Below, in pieces: positions 10,694 through 20,333 of a stretch of 64,000 nt of DNA. Position numbers and translations under genes: made by a program. This DNA comes from Nibricoccus sp. (GTDB lineage Bacteria; Verrucomicrobiota; Verrucomicrobiia; Opitutales; Opitutaceae). The stretch's first letter is position 1. Each line of letters opens with the position of its first letter. Location of the stretch: contig JASGHG010000001.1 of the NCBI GenBank assembly GCA_047602425.1, positions 4,960,001 through 5,024,000 of the forward strand. Reading direction: 5' to 3'. The notes below the pieces were generated by a model. That model was not told where the DNA came from, ran no database searches, and saw nothing but the letters and a program-made list of their open reading frames with translations.

Positions 10694-13600
10694 ATGCGAC
10701 TCCCCTCTTTGTTTGCATCGTGCGGTCTTTTGTTAACGGCTTTCACCCTCGGGTCTGCCCTTTCGTTCGCAGCCTCTCCTCCTGGTGAGCCCGGCCTCCT
10801 TTTCTACCTCTCCGGCAATAGTGCCACCATGCCGGACTTCTCCGCCGCGGGCACCCGGGAGCCGAACTTTCTTAAAGATATAACGCTCATTAACGACGGC
10901 GCTCGCGGCCCCGCCCTGAGCTGCGGCAACAACCAACTGCTTTCCTACCTGGCGCCAGGCAATATCTACGCCCAGCGCGGCACGCTTTCTTTTTTCTGGC
11001 GATCCCGTTACCCGGTTGGCCCAACCCCGTTTCCGCTCTTCCGCGTCGGTTATGCGGATCATTCCTCCTGGGACATGGTTTGGCTACGGATCGACTACAA
11101 TGGCCATGGTTTCGATGCCTTTGTGACCGATACCGGCCTCGCCCGTCTCCGCGTTTCAACCACGCTCGAGCCTTTTCCCAAACCCACCGAATGGATTCAT
11201 CTCGCCTTCAGCTGGGATGAAACTTCCGGCGTGCGCTTTTACGTCAACGGCCATCTCGCCGGGTCCGTCGAACAACGCGCCTTCCTCGATGCCGGGCTCG
11301 ACCAGTTCGGTCCGCATTCGCGTGTCATCAGCCCGTACCAAGTTCAAAGCGACTACAATTTCGTGCGCGGCGGCGACCTCGACGAACTTCGCATCTACGA
11401 TCGCGCGCTGTCCGACGACGATGTTGCCCGCCTGGGGAAGTTTGAAACGCCGCTCGCTCTGAAACCCCTTCCCGTGCCCACGTTGTCCTATGACTCGCCG
11501 CTGCCCGAAAGTTGGGCCGCCCGGTATGGCTGGAACCGTCCCGACGGCCTGCCAGCTACGCTTCCGGGACCATTCACCGCTGTCCGTAAGGTCGAAATCA
11601 CCGACGCGTTCGATCTGAAACGCTGGTGGTGGAAAGCCTGCGACGGCATTCGCGAAACCACCTGGCCCGGCGTCTACAACCGTTCGCGCCTTCCCGGCCG
11701 CAACGATTATTTCCAACTTCCCGATTGGGACTGCTACGTCGAGTCGGGGAAAGTCATCACGTTTAATCTTCCCGCCGGCGAAACCGTCAACCATCTCGAA
11801 ATCGCCGGGCCCGCCTTTGGCGCTTTCGATTTGATCGGCACGGCTGGCAAGGGCTCCGAAGCCGTTCGCCTCTTCGAACGTCCACGTGGACAAGAAAAAA
11901 CGGTGCACCGCCTCGCCGCCCCGGTCAGCTCGGATGCCATCCGCTTCACCAATGTCGAACAGGAGACTCCCATCAGCGAATTTACCGCCTACCACGTCAC
12001 CGAGGGAAAAGAGCCTGCAGGCCACCCTACGCTTGCGTACCGCATCGATTTCAAGCCTTCGACCGAGTCGTCGCTTAAGCCTCTCATCGCCTTCATCGCC
12101 GGCCGTTTCCGTGCTGACGAACGCGCCACCGCCATCGCCATTCCCGCCTCGACCCCGGCGGCGCCGGGTGCGGTTCCACCGGCGGCCGGGCTTCCTATTC
12201 TTCATCTTCTCATTCCCAACTCCGCGTCCGACCCGGCTTACAACCTCGACAAAATCGACGGGGCCCTCGATGGCATCGCGCTCGATCTGCCGGTGGTCGG
12301 CTACGCCAGGCCCGTTTCGTTCAATATCCAAGTCAAAGATCCAATCTGGCCCGCGCGCAACATGCTCGACTTCACCTACACCGTGAAGCCCGGCAGATCT
12401 CCCTCGACACTCTGGCTCGATTTGCGCGATCGCTGGTTGCCGCCCGGGCGTGCACTCTATCTCACCATCGCCGCCTCCGAGCCGATCCAGCCCTTCGGCC
12501 TCGCTCCAACACTTCGCCTCGTCTTCAAACCCAAGGCCGAAGCCGTCGCCGAGCATGCGACCGACCGCTTTACCCAAGTGCGCGACGCCTACGCGATGTT
12601 CGTCGAGGAACGCCCCGGGGTGAAAAAATACGCCATGTTCAATCGCATCGACGGCGACGTACGCGACCTCATGCGCGTCGACCCAAACCATGTCCCAGGG
12701 CTTAACTATGCCGCCGCCTGGAGCGACGAGTTTCCCCAGCCGGCCTTCAAAACGCCAAATCCTCCCTCCGGCGTGCCGGTTTGGGCCTTTAACCAAGTTC
12801 AGCTTCTCGAGCGCGTCGACCGCTTTGTCGAGTGGTATATCGATCATCGCCAAGTGCCTTATGGTGACTTTGGCGGTGGCATTTCCGACGACACCGATCT
12901 TCTCAATCTCTGGCCTCCCGTCGCCTTGATGGGCTGCGCTCCCGAAAAAATCCGCACTTCTCTTAATGCTTTGCTCGATGCCTCGTTCAAAAACGGCATG
13001 TGGAAAAACGGCCTCAGTGCCATTCAGACCGATGAACTCCACAGCTACGAGGAGGGCATCAATTGCCTCGGCCAAAATCTGATCCTCGACTACGGCAACC
13101 CCAAACAGGTCGAACGCGCCATGGCGACGTCCCTCGGCATGGAAAATCTCACCGCCGTGAACGCCGCCGGGCACCGTCACATCCGCTCTTCCTATTACAA
13201 TGGCGAAAAATTCGCGACTGACGAACCATGGGGCTGGGCCAAAGCCTATTCGCACCTCGTCCTGCAAACACCCGAATTGCTTGTCGATTTCAGCGGCAAT
13301 CCGCGCGCGAAAAAACTGGTCCTTGAAGTCACCGACGGCCTGCTCGCTCACCGCAAGAAAAACGCCGAGGGCCAGTTCCGCATTCCCACGGCCATTCGTT
13401 TCACGACCGACGAGGATGTTGTCGCTACCCGAGGCTGGTTTCCCTGGCCGCTTTTCTGGAATTCCTGGCAATGGACCGGAGACCGCAAATACCTCGATCC
13501 CATTCTCGATTTCGGCGTCCAAGGCCTGTTGTCGGTCAATGCCAACGCGCTTGATTTGCTCAATCTCCGGGAAAAATGGGGCTCGCGCATTCTCGAAACC

Positions 13601-14524
13601 AAATCCTCGAAAGGCCCCGATCTGCGTTCCGATTCCGCCACGCGCAAGCAATCCCGCGAAGCGCTTTATCGCGGCTCAGCCGGCATTTCCCACTTCGCCT
13701 GGCAGCTTACTGGCGACAAGGGAAGCCTCGCGTCGCTCTACGAAAACCAGTGCGAAGACATCGCAGCCCTCGAATACATCAACACCGAGGGCAGCCTCTG
13801 GATCGACCGCGTCGGCGTTCCCACCGTCGAACTCCAACGCGCCCGCCTTGGCGGTGTCGCCTTGGTGCGCAACAGCACCTTCCCCGGCCACGCCGTCAGC
13901 TGGCGTTTCGAAACACCCGCCACCTACAAAAGCGCGGCCATCCTCGTGCCGTTCTCAACCCAGAAACATCTCACCGTTCTGGTTTACAATCTTGACGATA
14001 AACCGGTACGCGCCGCCATGACCGGCTGGTCCATCGACCCCGGCACGTGGGAAATTGCGCAGGGCATCGATACGAACAACGATGACAAGGCCGACGACGC
14101 CGTCACGACACGCACCGCTTTGTTCGAACGTTCGCGCTCCCTCGACTTTATCTTCCCGCCGCGCGTCACCACCGTTCTTACGCTCGATCTCAAGACCCTC
14201 GGCACGCCCTACTGGCAACGTCCCGACCTCGGACTGTCGCGCGAAGACGTTCAGATCAATGGCCGCGAAGTCCGCGTAAAACTTCACAGCCTCGGCTCCG
14301 TCGCGGCTCCCGCCGCCACCGTCGCCTTTCGCGATGCCTCGGGCAAGATCGTCGCCTCCATCCGCGCCCAGCCCATCGCCGCACCACTCGATCTCCAGCC
14401 CAAAACCGACGACGTTGTCTTGCACCTGCCTGATGGTTGCGCTCCGGCCGGCGGCTCGGTGGAAATCGATCCCGATCACGAACTCACCGAAATCACGTTG
14501 CTGAACAATGCGGTAAAACTTTGA
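10694..14524 (+). CDS. Large secreted protein with an N-terminal LamG/ConA-like jelly-roll; function unknown, possibly carbohydrate-active
   Basis: Signal peptide MRLPSLFASCGLLLTAFTLGSALSFA; LamG signatures WIHLAFSWD...FYVNG and GDLDELRIYDRALS; CARDB-like tail EIDPDHELTEITLLNN. Confidence 0.75.
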   Translation: MRLPSLFASCGLLLTAFTLGSALSFAASPPGEPGLLFYLSGNSATMPDFSAAGTREPNFLKDITLINDGARGPALSCGNNQLLSYLAPGNIYAQRGTLSFFWRSRYPVGPTPFPLFRVGYADHSSWDMVWLRIDYNGHGFDAFVTDTGLARLRVSTTLEPFPKPTEWIHLAFSWDETSGVRFYVNGHLAGSVEQRAFLDAGLDQFGPHSRVISPYQVQSDYNFVRGGDLDELRIYDRALSDDDVARLGKFETPLALKPLPVPTLSYDSPLPESWAARYGWNRPDGLPATLPGPFTAVRKVEITDAFDLKRWWWKACDGIRETTWPGVYNRSRLPGRNDYFQLPDWDCYVESGKVITFNLPAGETVNHLEIAGPAFGAFDLIGTAGKGSEAVRLFERPRGQEKTVHRLAAPVSSDAIRFTNVEQETPISEFTAYHVTEGKEPAGHPTLAYRIDFKPSTESSLKPLIAFIAGRFRADERATAIAIPASTPAAPGAVPPAAGLPILHLLIPNSASDPAYNLDKIDGALDGIALDLPVVGYARPVSFNIQVKDPIWPARNMLDFTYTVKPGRSPSTLWLDLRDRWLPPGRALYLTIAASEPIQPFGLAPTLRLVFKPKAEAVAEHATDRFTQVRDAYAMFVEERPGVKKYAMFNRIDGDVRDLMRVDPNHVPGLNYAAAWSDEFPQPAFKTPNPPSGVPVWAFNQVQLLERVDRFVEWYIDHRQVPYGDFGGGISDDTDLLNLWPPVALMGCAPEKIRTSLNALLDASFKNGMWKNGLSAIQTDELHSYEEGINCLGQNLILDYGNPKQVERAMATSLGMENLTAVNAAGHRHIRSSYYNGEKFATDEPWGWAKAYSHLVLQTPELLVDFSGNPRAKKLVLEVTDGLLAHRKKNAEGQFRIPTAIRFTTDEDVVATRGWFPWPLFWNSWQWTGDRKYLDPILDFGVQGLLSVNANALDLLNLREKWGSRILETKSSKGPDLRSDSATRKQSREALYRGSAGISHFAWQLTGDKGSLASLYENQCEDIAALEYINTEGSLWIDRVGVPTVELQRARLGGVALVRNSTFPGHAVSWRFETPATYKSAAILVPFSTQKHLTVLVYNLDDKPVRAAMTGWSIDPGTWEIAQGIDTNNDDKADDAVTTRTALFERSRSLDFIFPPRVTTVLTLDLKTLGTPYWQRPDLGLSREDVQINGREVRVKLHSLGSVAAPAATVAFRDASGKIVASIRAQPIAAPLDLQPKTDDVVLHLPDGCAPAGGSVEIDPDHELTEITLLNNAVKL

Positions 14525-14530
14525 TTTTCT

Positions 14531-14570
14531 GACTTCGGCGAGCCTGGTTTTGCCGGGCTCGCTCGGAGTC
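14531..14570. terminator. Hairpin between convergent genes (probable bidirectional terminator)
   Basis: GACTTCGGCGAGCCTGG-TTTTG-CCGGGCTCGCTCGGAGTC imperfect stem followed by AAAA. Confidence 0.55.
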
Positions 14571-14614
14571 AAAACGCCGGCGGCAGAACGTCGTTCGAAA
14601 CTCTCGCGGAGCGA

Positions 14615-15511
14615 CTAGATGATTTTCAGGAGATTTCTAGCTGTGCCACCAATCATCGCGGCGCGCTCCGTCTCACTCAGACCTGCAGCGTCAAGATCCT
14701 TGAATATCGCGCCTAGTTGCGCTGTGTCGTGATAATCCGGATACAAATTCAACGGAAAGTCCGAGCCAAACAGCACGCGCTCGGCGCCCACCGCGTCTAT
14801 TATCTCCCGGAAGACTTTCGGCTGATAGATCAATGGAGACGCCGCGGTGTCGTAGAACAAGTTCGCACAAGCGCACGCCTCCGTGCCGAGCGTCGGATTG
14901 AGTGGAAGCCGCGCTCCCCAATGCGCCAAAATAAAATTCGTCTGCGGAAATTCATGGGCGAAGTGCACGAAATCCGCCAGCGGAGTTTCGATTTTACCCG
15001 GATAGTTTTTGCTGAGCGGCTCGGTCACATGGAGATTGACCGGAAACCCGAGCTCGCCGGCCAAAACCATAGCCTCGCGCCAAACTGGATTGTTGACCGA
15101 GAAATTTTGCGAATGCGGCGATAGCTCCCCAAGCCCACAAAAACCTTCATCCACCGCGCGCCGGATTTCTCGCGATACCAGCTCCATTCCCGCGCCCGCG
15201 TGAAAGGTCGCGAAGGCCGACAATCGATCGCCATGCGCTTTGAGGCATTCCGCGTAAAAACGATTTTGCCGCACGCAAGTAGCGTGGGTTTCCCAATACC
15301 ATCCCTGCAACACGACGCGTTCCACGCTGGCCGCATCCATCTCGCGTAACAATTCGTCAACGCTCGGAAATCTCTGCACCGCGCGTCCATTTTTCCTGAC
15401 ACGCGTACAAAGCGTCGTCCAATGCCGCTCGCCTTGAGCTTGCGCCCACGCCGCCGGAGCGAGATTGGCCTCGGGTGGATAAAGATGCACGTGAGCGTCG
15501 ACGATGCGCAT
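14615..15511 (-). CDS. Amidohydrolase family protein (Amidohydro_2)
   Basis: IVDAHVH metal motif, ILAHWG, RVLFGSDFP. Confidence 0.88.
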   Translation of the reverse strand: MRIVDAHVHLYPPEANLAPAAWAQAQGERHWTTLCTRVRKNGRAVQRFPSVDELLREMDAASVERVVLQGWYWETHATCVRQNRFYAECLKAHGDRLSAFATFHAGAGMELVSREIRRAVDEGFCGLGELSPHSQNFSVNNPVWREAMVLAGELGFPVNLHVTEPLSKNYPGKIETPLADFVHFAHEFPQTNFILAHWGARLPLNPTLGTEACACANLFYDTAASPLIYQPKVFREIIDAVGAERVLFGSDFPLNLYPDYHDTAQLGAIFKDLDAAGLSETERAAMIGGTARNLLKII

Positions 15512-15774
15512 AAGGCGGTGTGAGCGGCGATTATTGGTAACGAATCTGTTGAGTAAAGCCGGAGGAAAACGAAGCCGCCCATGAATCTGCCGACTTCCTG
15601 TTTTTCGCATCCAAAAATGCCGCCGGTTCCTCGCGGCGGGCGCATCGCTGCCCCTAGCTCCCGCCTTCCTGCGTAGTTCGCTGCGCTAAATTCCACGGAA
15701 CCCGCTTTGGGTCTTTCCAGTCTGCTTAGCTCTGGCTTGCACTTCTGCTCCGCCGCCCTTTATTGCACCTTATC

Positions 15775-15951
15775 ATGAAATCGCCCCACAAGGCTCTTCT
15801 CGCCCTCCTCGCCGCCACCTTCGCTCTCCTTGCAGCTGGCTGCACTTCCAAGACCAACAACGACACCTCGATCCCGTGGAGTCGTCCCGCCAGCTGGGAA
15901 GGCAATGTCCCCGGCATGGGCACCACCGGCGACACCAGCGGCATTCGCTAA
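15775..15951 (+). CDS. Small predicted lipoprotein (58 aa)
   Basis: MKSPHKALLALLAATFALLAAG-C lipobox, then TSKTNNDTSIPWSRPASWEGNVPG; followed by its own terminator. Confidence 0.75.
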   Translation: MKSPHKALLALLAATFALLAAGCTSKTNNDTSIPWSRPASWEGNVPGMGTTGDTSGIR

Positions 15952-15973
15952 ATAGCCGACCACTCTTTTCTCC

Positions 15974-16002
15974 AATCCGGCCAGATGCGGCCGGATTTTT
16001 TT
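15974..16002 (+). terminator. Intrinsic terminator after the small lipoprotein
   Basis: AATCCGGCC-AGATGC-GGCCGGATT followed by a T run. Confidence 0.8.
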
Positions 16003-16020
16003 GTGCCTAGAACTTTTCAT

Positions 16021-16160
16021 CACAGAAAACACCGAACGCGGGCACAGAAGATCGCAAGACCTCAAGATTCAAAGTGCCAGCAACATCGCTCACCACGAAA
16101 AATCCCGAGCCCACGTGAGGTTCTCCGTGAACTCTGTGTCCGCGTTCCGTGCCCTCTGTG
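16021..16160. repeat. Imperfect inverted-repeat element with CACAGA-periodic arms
   Basis: Left arm CACAGAAAACACCGAACGCGGGCACAGA versus reverse complement of the right arm CACAGAGGGCACGGAACGCGGACACAGA (23/28 by eye). Confidence 0.7.
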
Positions 16161-16223
16161 GCCAAGTGTCCGAAATAAGCGTCGATTAGCATCCATGAGC
16201 GGTTACAAACTACTTCCGCATCC

Positions 16224-16946
16224 ATGACCGAACCCGCCGCCAACGCCTCGCTCATCCCGCAACCTGGACATCTCTACGTCGTCGCCACACCCATCGGCAA
16301 TCTCGCCGACCTCACTGACCGCGCGCGCGCCCTTCTTGGCGGTGTCGACTTGATTGCCTGTGAGGACACGCGCACCACGGGTGCCCTGCTCTCGCGACTC
16401 GGATTGCACAAGGAACTCGTCGCCTACCACGAGCACAACGAGACTGAGGCCGCCGACCGCCTTGCCGCACAACTCGCCGCCGGCAAATCCATCGCCCTCG
16501 TCTCCGACGCCGGCACACCCGCCATCAGCGATCCCGGGTTCCGCCTCGTCCGCGCCTGTCGCCGCCAGTCGCTGCCAGTTATTCCGGTGCCTGGGCCCAA
16601 CGCCATCATCTCGGTTCTCAGCGCCGCCGGCCTGCCCACCAATGGCTTTCTCTTCGCCGGTTTTCTGCCATCGAAAACTTCCGCCCGGACCGCCTTCCTG
16701 GAAAAATATCGGGATTTCGACTACACGCTCGCGCTCTACGAATCGTGCCACCGCATCGACAAGTTCGTGGACGAAATTGTCACCACGCTCGGCCCCGCCC
16801 GCGTCATTTGCGTGGCCAAGGAAGTCACCAAGCTGCACGAAACTTTTCTCGTCGGTTCGTCCGCCGAGGTCCGCGACCGTCTCGCCAAAACCAGTCTTAA
16901 GGGGGAATTCGTACTCCTGATCGCACCGACGGATTATACGCTATAG
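16224..16946 (+). CDS. rsmI: 16S rRNA (cytidine1402-2'-O)-methyltransferase
   Basis: LYVVATPIGNLAD, ACEDTR, LVSDAGTPAISDPG, KEVTKLHE. Confidence 0.95.
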   Translation: MTEPAANASLIPQPGHLYVVATPIGNLADLTDRARALLGGVDLIACEDTRTTGALLSRLGLHKELVAYHEHNETEAADRLAAQLAAGKSIALVSDAGTPAISDPGFRLVRACRRQSLPVIPVPGPNAIISVLSAAGLPTNGFLFAGFLPSKTSARTAFLEKYRDFDYTLALYESCHRIDKFVDEIVTTLGPARVICVAKEVTKLHETFLVGSSAEVRDRLAKTSLKGEFVLLIAPTDYTL

Positions 16947-17107
16947 GCATTTCTGCGATTCGGAACGCTTGAGCCGGCTTTCCAATCGCTCGCCGGTGAC
17001 GCCTTCACTGTCCATTGGGCAAAAAATTTTCCGCAAAAAGGATAATAAACGACAGGGTCGTGCGTTTTATCAGTAGGTACCGCACTTCAACTCAAATCTA
17101 CCCCGCC

Positions 17108-17533
17108 ATGAACTATACCGGCGAAATCCCCGAACTCTCACCTCGGAGAAAAGCGAATGTGCAGATCATACCGTTGATCGACGTCGTTTTCTTCCTGCTC
17201 GCAACATTCGTCCTGTACACCCTGATGCTCAATAAACTCGCGTCGATCCCCGTCACGTTGCCAGTTGGGGATAGCGGCGGCGAACGTGGCCAGCCGCCCC
17301 TGGTACTTCAGGTGACAGACGCCGGCCTCTATTGGGACAAGGAACTGATCACCGAACGCGAACTCCCGGCGCGCCTCGCGATGTATGTTAAGGATTCCAA
17401 GCATCCCCGCATCATGCTCGCGGGCGACAATACCGCGAAATACGGTGCGACGACCGCCGCACTCGACGAGGTGCGCAAAGCCGGCATCAAGGAAGTGTCT
17501 ATCGAAACCGTCTGGCGCGCCACCGGCCGTTGA
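17108..17533 (+). CDS. exbD: ExbD/TolR biopolymer transport protein
   Basis: IIPLIDVVFFLLATF TM segment with the conserved Asp; C-terminal LDEVRKAGIKEVSI. Confidence 0.85.
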   Translation: MNYTGEIPELSPRRKANVQIIPLIDVVFFLLATFVLYTLMLNKLASIPVTLPVGDSGGERGQPPLVLQVTDAGLYWDKELITERELPARLAMYVKDSKHPRIMLAGDNTAKYGATTAALDEVRKAGIKEVSIETVWRATGR

Positions 17534-17546
17534 CCCGGCGGCCCGT

Positions 17547-17978
17547 TCAATCGCTGTCGGCGCCGAAAAAACGCTGCGCAATCAACATGCCGACCGCCAT
17601 GGCCGGGACAAAAACCAGCGCCTCCATCCGTAACGCGCCGAGACTTGCGATGGCCGGCCCGGGACAAAATCCACTCATGCCCCAACCGACGCCAAAAACA
17701 ATCGAGCCGAGCACAAGACGGCGATCGATCGCTTGAGTCCCCGCTGAAGGCAGAACGCAACCGAACCAGCCCTTACCGGCTGTACGCCGACGCCAAACCA
17801 ACATTCCCAGCCCATACGTGCCAAGGGCGCCCGCCATCACAAATACCAGCGTAGGATCCCAATGCCCGGCGACGTCTAGAAACCCGATCACCCGCGCCGG
17901 ATCGGCCATGCCCGAAAATCCCAGTCCCAGGCCGAAAACCGCACCCGCGACGAGGAGTAAAAACATTCGCGCCTTCAT
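17547..17978 (-). CDS. YeeE/YedE family sulfur-compound transporter subunit
   Basis: GLGFSGMADPARVIGFLDVAGHWDPTL and FGVGWGMSGFCPGPA. Confidence 0.85.
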   Translation of the reverse strand: MKARMFLLLVAGAVFGLGLGFSGMADPARVIGFLDVAGHWDPTLVFVMAGALGTYGLGMLVWRRRTAGKGWFGCVLPSAGTQAIDRRLVLGSIVFGVGWGMSGFCPGPAIASLGALRMEALVFVPAMAVGMLIAQRFFGADSD

Positions 17979-18412
17979 GGCAGCAGTCCTCCCGCCACAC
18001 GGTGGAAAATGAACACCGTGAGCATTGCCGTCGCCATGAATAGCAACGTGGCCACCAGCGAATCCCTCGATCCGAGACCCATGCCGCAGACGCCATGCCC
18101 GCTGGTACAGCCTCCGCCCACCCGCGTGCCCACTCCCACCAGTACACCCGCCACCGCCAAAAACGCCAGCGAGCGCACCGGACGAAATGCAGCCGCGTGC
18201 TCGTTGAACCCAATGGCCAAAGCCGCGCCGATAACCAAACCGACAAGAAAAATCACGCGCCATGCCACATCCCCGGCTTCCGCACGGAAAATGCGGCCGA
18301 CGAGCCCTGAGATGCCAGGAATTTTTCCCGTAGCCGCCGAAGCCAGCAAACTGCCGACTCCGATCAGCACGCCACCGACCAAACCGTATACACAAGACTC
18401 AAGAGAGAACAT
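17975..18412 (-). CDS. YeeE/YedE family sulfur-compound transporter subunit
   Basis: GKIPGISG and GTRVGGGCTSGHGVCG; 4-bp overlap with its partner gene. Confidence 0.87.
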   Translation of the reverse strand: MFSLESCVYGLVGGVLIGVGSLLASAATGKIPGISGLVGRIFRAEAGDVAWRVIFLVGLVIGAALAIGFNEHAAAFRPVRSLAFLAVAGVLVGVGTRVGGGCTSGHGVCGMGLGSRDSLVATLLFMATAMLTVFIFHRVAGGLLP

Positions 18413-18640
18413 GCCTCTCGTGTTACCCACAAAACCAGCCGACGCAACCGGTGAGTCGCCGACATCGTTTTCCGTCGACCGGCCGTTTCCGGTTTCATTG
18501 ATCGAGGTAGCGGCAACGCTCCGTATTGCCCTTGGCGGCCAAACATTTTTAGTCCCGCTTCCGGTCAAATAACTACGGAAATTTCTATTGTCTCAAAGAT
18601 TCCGCTCTAGAATGACTCTGCGACTAACTCGTTCGGAGCC

Positions 18641-20083
18641 TCACAGCGACTCGTCGTAAAGGCGTTCGTAAGCGAGCGAGGCGTGGGTCCAGCTGAAGTC
18701 GCGGGCCATGCCTTTTGCCTGGACCGTCGCGTAGGTTTTTTTGTCGGCAAACATTTTCAGCGCGCGGTCGAGGCCATGGCGCAGCCCCTGGCTGGTCGGG
18801 GGAAACGTGATGCCGGTGCCCGCCGCAGGGTCTGTGCCGGCATCGATTACCGTGTCGTAAAGTCCGCCCACGCGGCTCACGAGCGGAACGGTGCCGTAGG
18901 CTTGCGAGTACATCTGATTCAGGCCGCAGGGCTCGAAAAGCGAGGGCATCAGGAAAAAGTCGCTGCCTGCCTCGAGCACATGGCTCATCGTCTCGTCGAG
19001 GCGAGCCATGAGGGCGACTTTCGCCGGAGCATTGGCGGCGAGTTCGCGCAACGCCTTTTCGAAACGTGCGTCGCCCGTGCCGAGGACAATGAGGCGACAG
19101 TCGTTCTTCACGAAGAAGTCGGCGTTGGAAAGCACCAGGTCGATGCCTTTTTGTTCGGTCAGGCGGCAGACCATGCCGAAAACCGGGGCTTTTGTCTCGG
19201 GATCGAAGCCGGCGCGGGTCAGGAGTTCCGTGCGGCATTTGGCCTTGCCGGAAAGATCGGCGGCCGTGTAGCGCGCAGGCAGATGTTCGTCGACGGCGGG
19301 ATTCCATACGGCCGTGTCGATGCCGTTGACCAAGCCAACGATGTCCTCGGACCGTGTGCCGATCACACCATCGAGGCCGCAGCCGAACTGCGGGGTCTGA
19401 ATCTCCTGGGCATAACGCGGGCTTACCGTGGTGACGCGATCGGCGAAAAGAATGCCGGCCTTCATGAAGTTCATTTGGCCGTAATATTCGAGACCATCGA
19501 TGCTCATGAGTTCGTCCGGGAGATTGGTTCGGTAAAACGAACGCATCGGAAACAAGCCCTGAAAAGCGATGTTGTGAATGGTGAACACGGTTTTCAGCGC
19601 GAGCATGGTTCCGTGCCTTTGTTCGGCATGGCGAAGCAGCGCCGGCAGCAACGCCGTCTGCCAATCGTGGCAGTGCACGATGTCGGCGCGGAGATTTTCC
19701 ATCTGCAGCGTGGCAACGACGCCTTTGCAAAAGAAAATGTAACGGTTTTGGTTATCCTCGAAGTCGCGTTCGCCGGTGCCGTAGATACCCTTGCGGTCAA
19801 AATACTCCTCGCGGCAAACGATGTAGATTTTGAGATTCTTTTTTGGGGAAAACATGCGGACCTCGCCGCTGGCGAAAGAATCGCCGAGTTCGATTTTGAG
19901 CTTCAGGAGGCGCTCGGCGCCTGCGGCGAGCTTATGGTCGAGCACCGCGCGATAGCCCGGAACGAAAACCGCGACTTCGTGCCCTCTGTCCGCCAGAGTA
20001 CTGCTGAGCGCGCCAACAGCGTCGGCCAAACCGCCAGTCTTTACGTAAGGAAACAGCTCGCTGGCTGCGTGAACGATTTTCAT
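18641..20083 (-). CDS. glgA: Glycogen synthase
   Basis: KTGGLAD, HCHDWQ, TIHNIAFQG, PSLFEPCGLNQMY. Confidence 0.96.
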   Translation of the reverse strand: MKIVHAASELFPYVKTGGLADAVGALSSTLADRGHEVAVFVPGYRAVLDHKLAAGAERLLKLKIELGDSFASGEVRMFSPKKNLKIYIVCREEYFDRKGIYGTGERDFEDNQNRYIFFCKGVVATLQMENLRADIVHCHDWQTALLPALLRHAEQRHGTMLALKTVFTIHNIAFQGLFPMRSFYRTNLPDELMSIDGLEYYGQMNFMKAGILFADRVTTVSPRYAQEIQTPQFGCGLDGVIGTRSEDIVGLVNGIDTAVWNPAVDEHLPARYTAADLSGKAKCRTELLTRAGFDPETKAPVFGMVCRLTEQKGIDLVLSNADFFVKNDCRLIVLGTGDARFEKALRELAANAPAKVALMARLDETMSHVLEAGSDFFLMPSLFEPCGLNQMYSQAYGTVPLVSRVGGLYDTVIDAGTDPAAGTGITFPPTSQGLRHGLDRALKMFADKKTYATVQAKGMARDFSWTHASLAYERLYDESL

Positions 20084-20333
20084 CGCGCCGAACTTGGCAA
20101 TAACCCCGCCCGTTTCCAACTCCAAAGCTGCGATGGGGATGGCCCCCTGTGAGTTTGCATTTCCAACCTTAAACCGCCTTGTCCTTTAGGGGGGCGCTCA
20201 CAGCGCTGCTTGGTTAGTTTTTTTGTATGAGTCGAGACCCAGCGCTCGCAGTGGTATAAGTGGGATTGCGCCTTCATATTCTTTCCATTCCCCTACATCG
20301 TTCCATCAAAAAGCTGCACCTGCGTCCTCCGAC

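Noticed and set aside
11156..13651. 831-aa minus-strand ORF
   Set aside because: Antisense shadow of the LamG gene, expected at high GC; no motifs.
18683..20152. 489-aa plus-strand ORF (and similar long ORFs at 27009-28490 and 34818-36302)
   Set aside because: Antisense or alternate-frame shadows of glgA, the pectate lyase and ccoNO.
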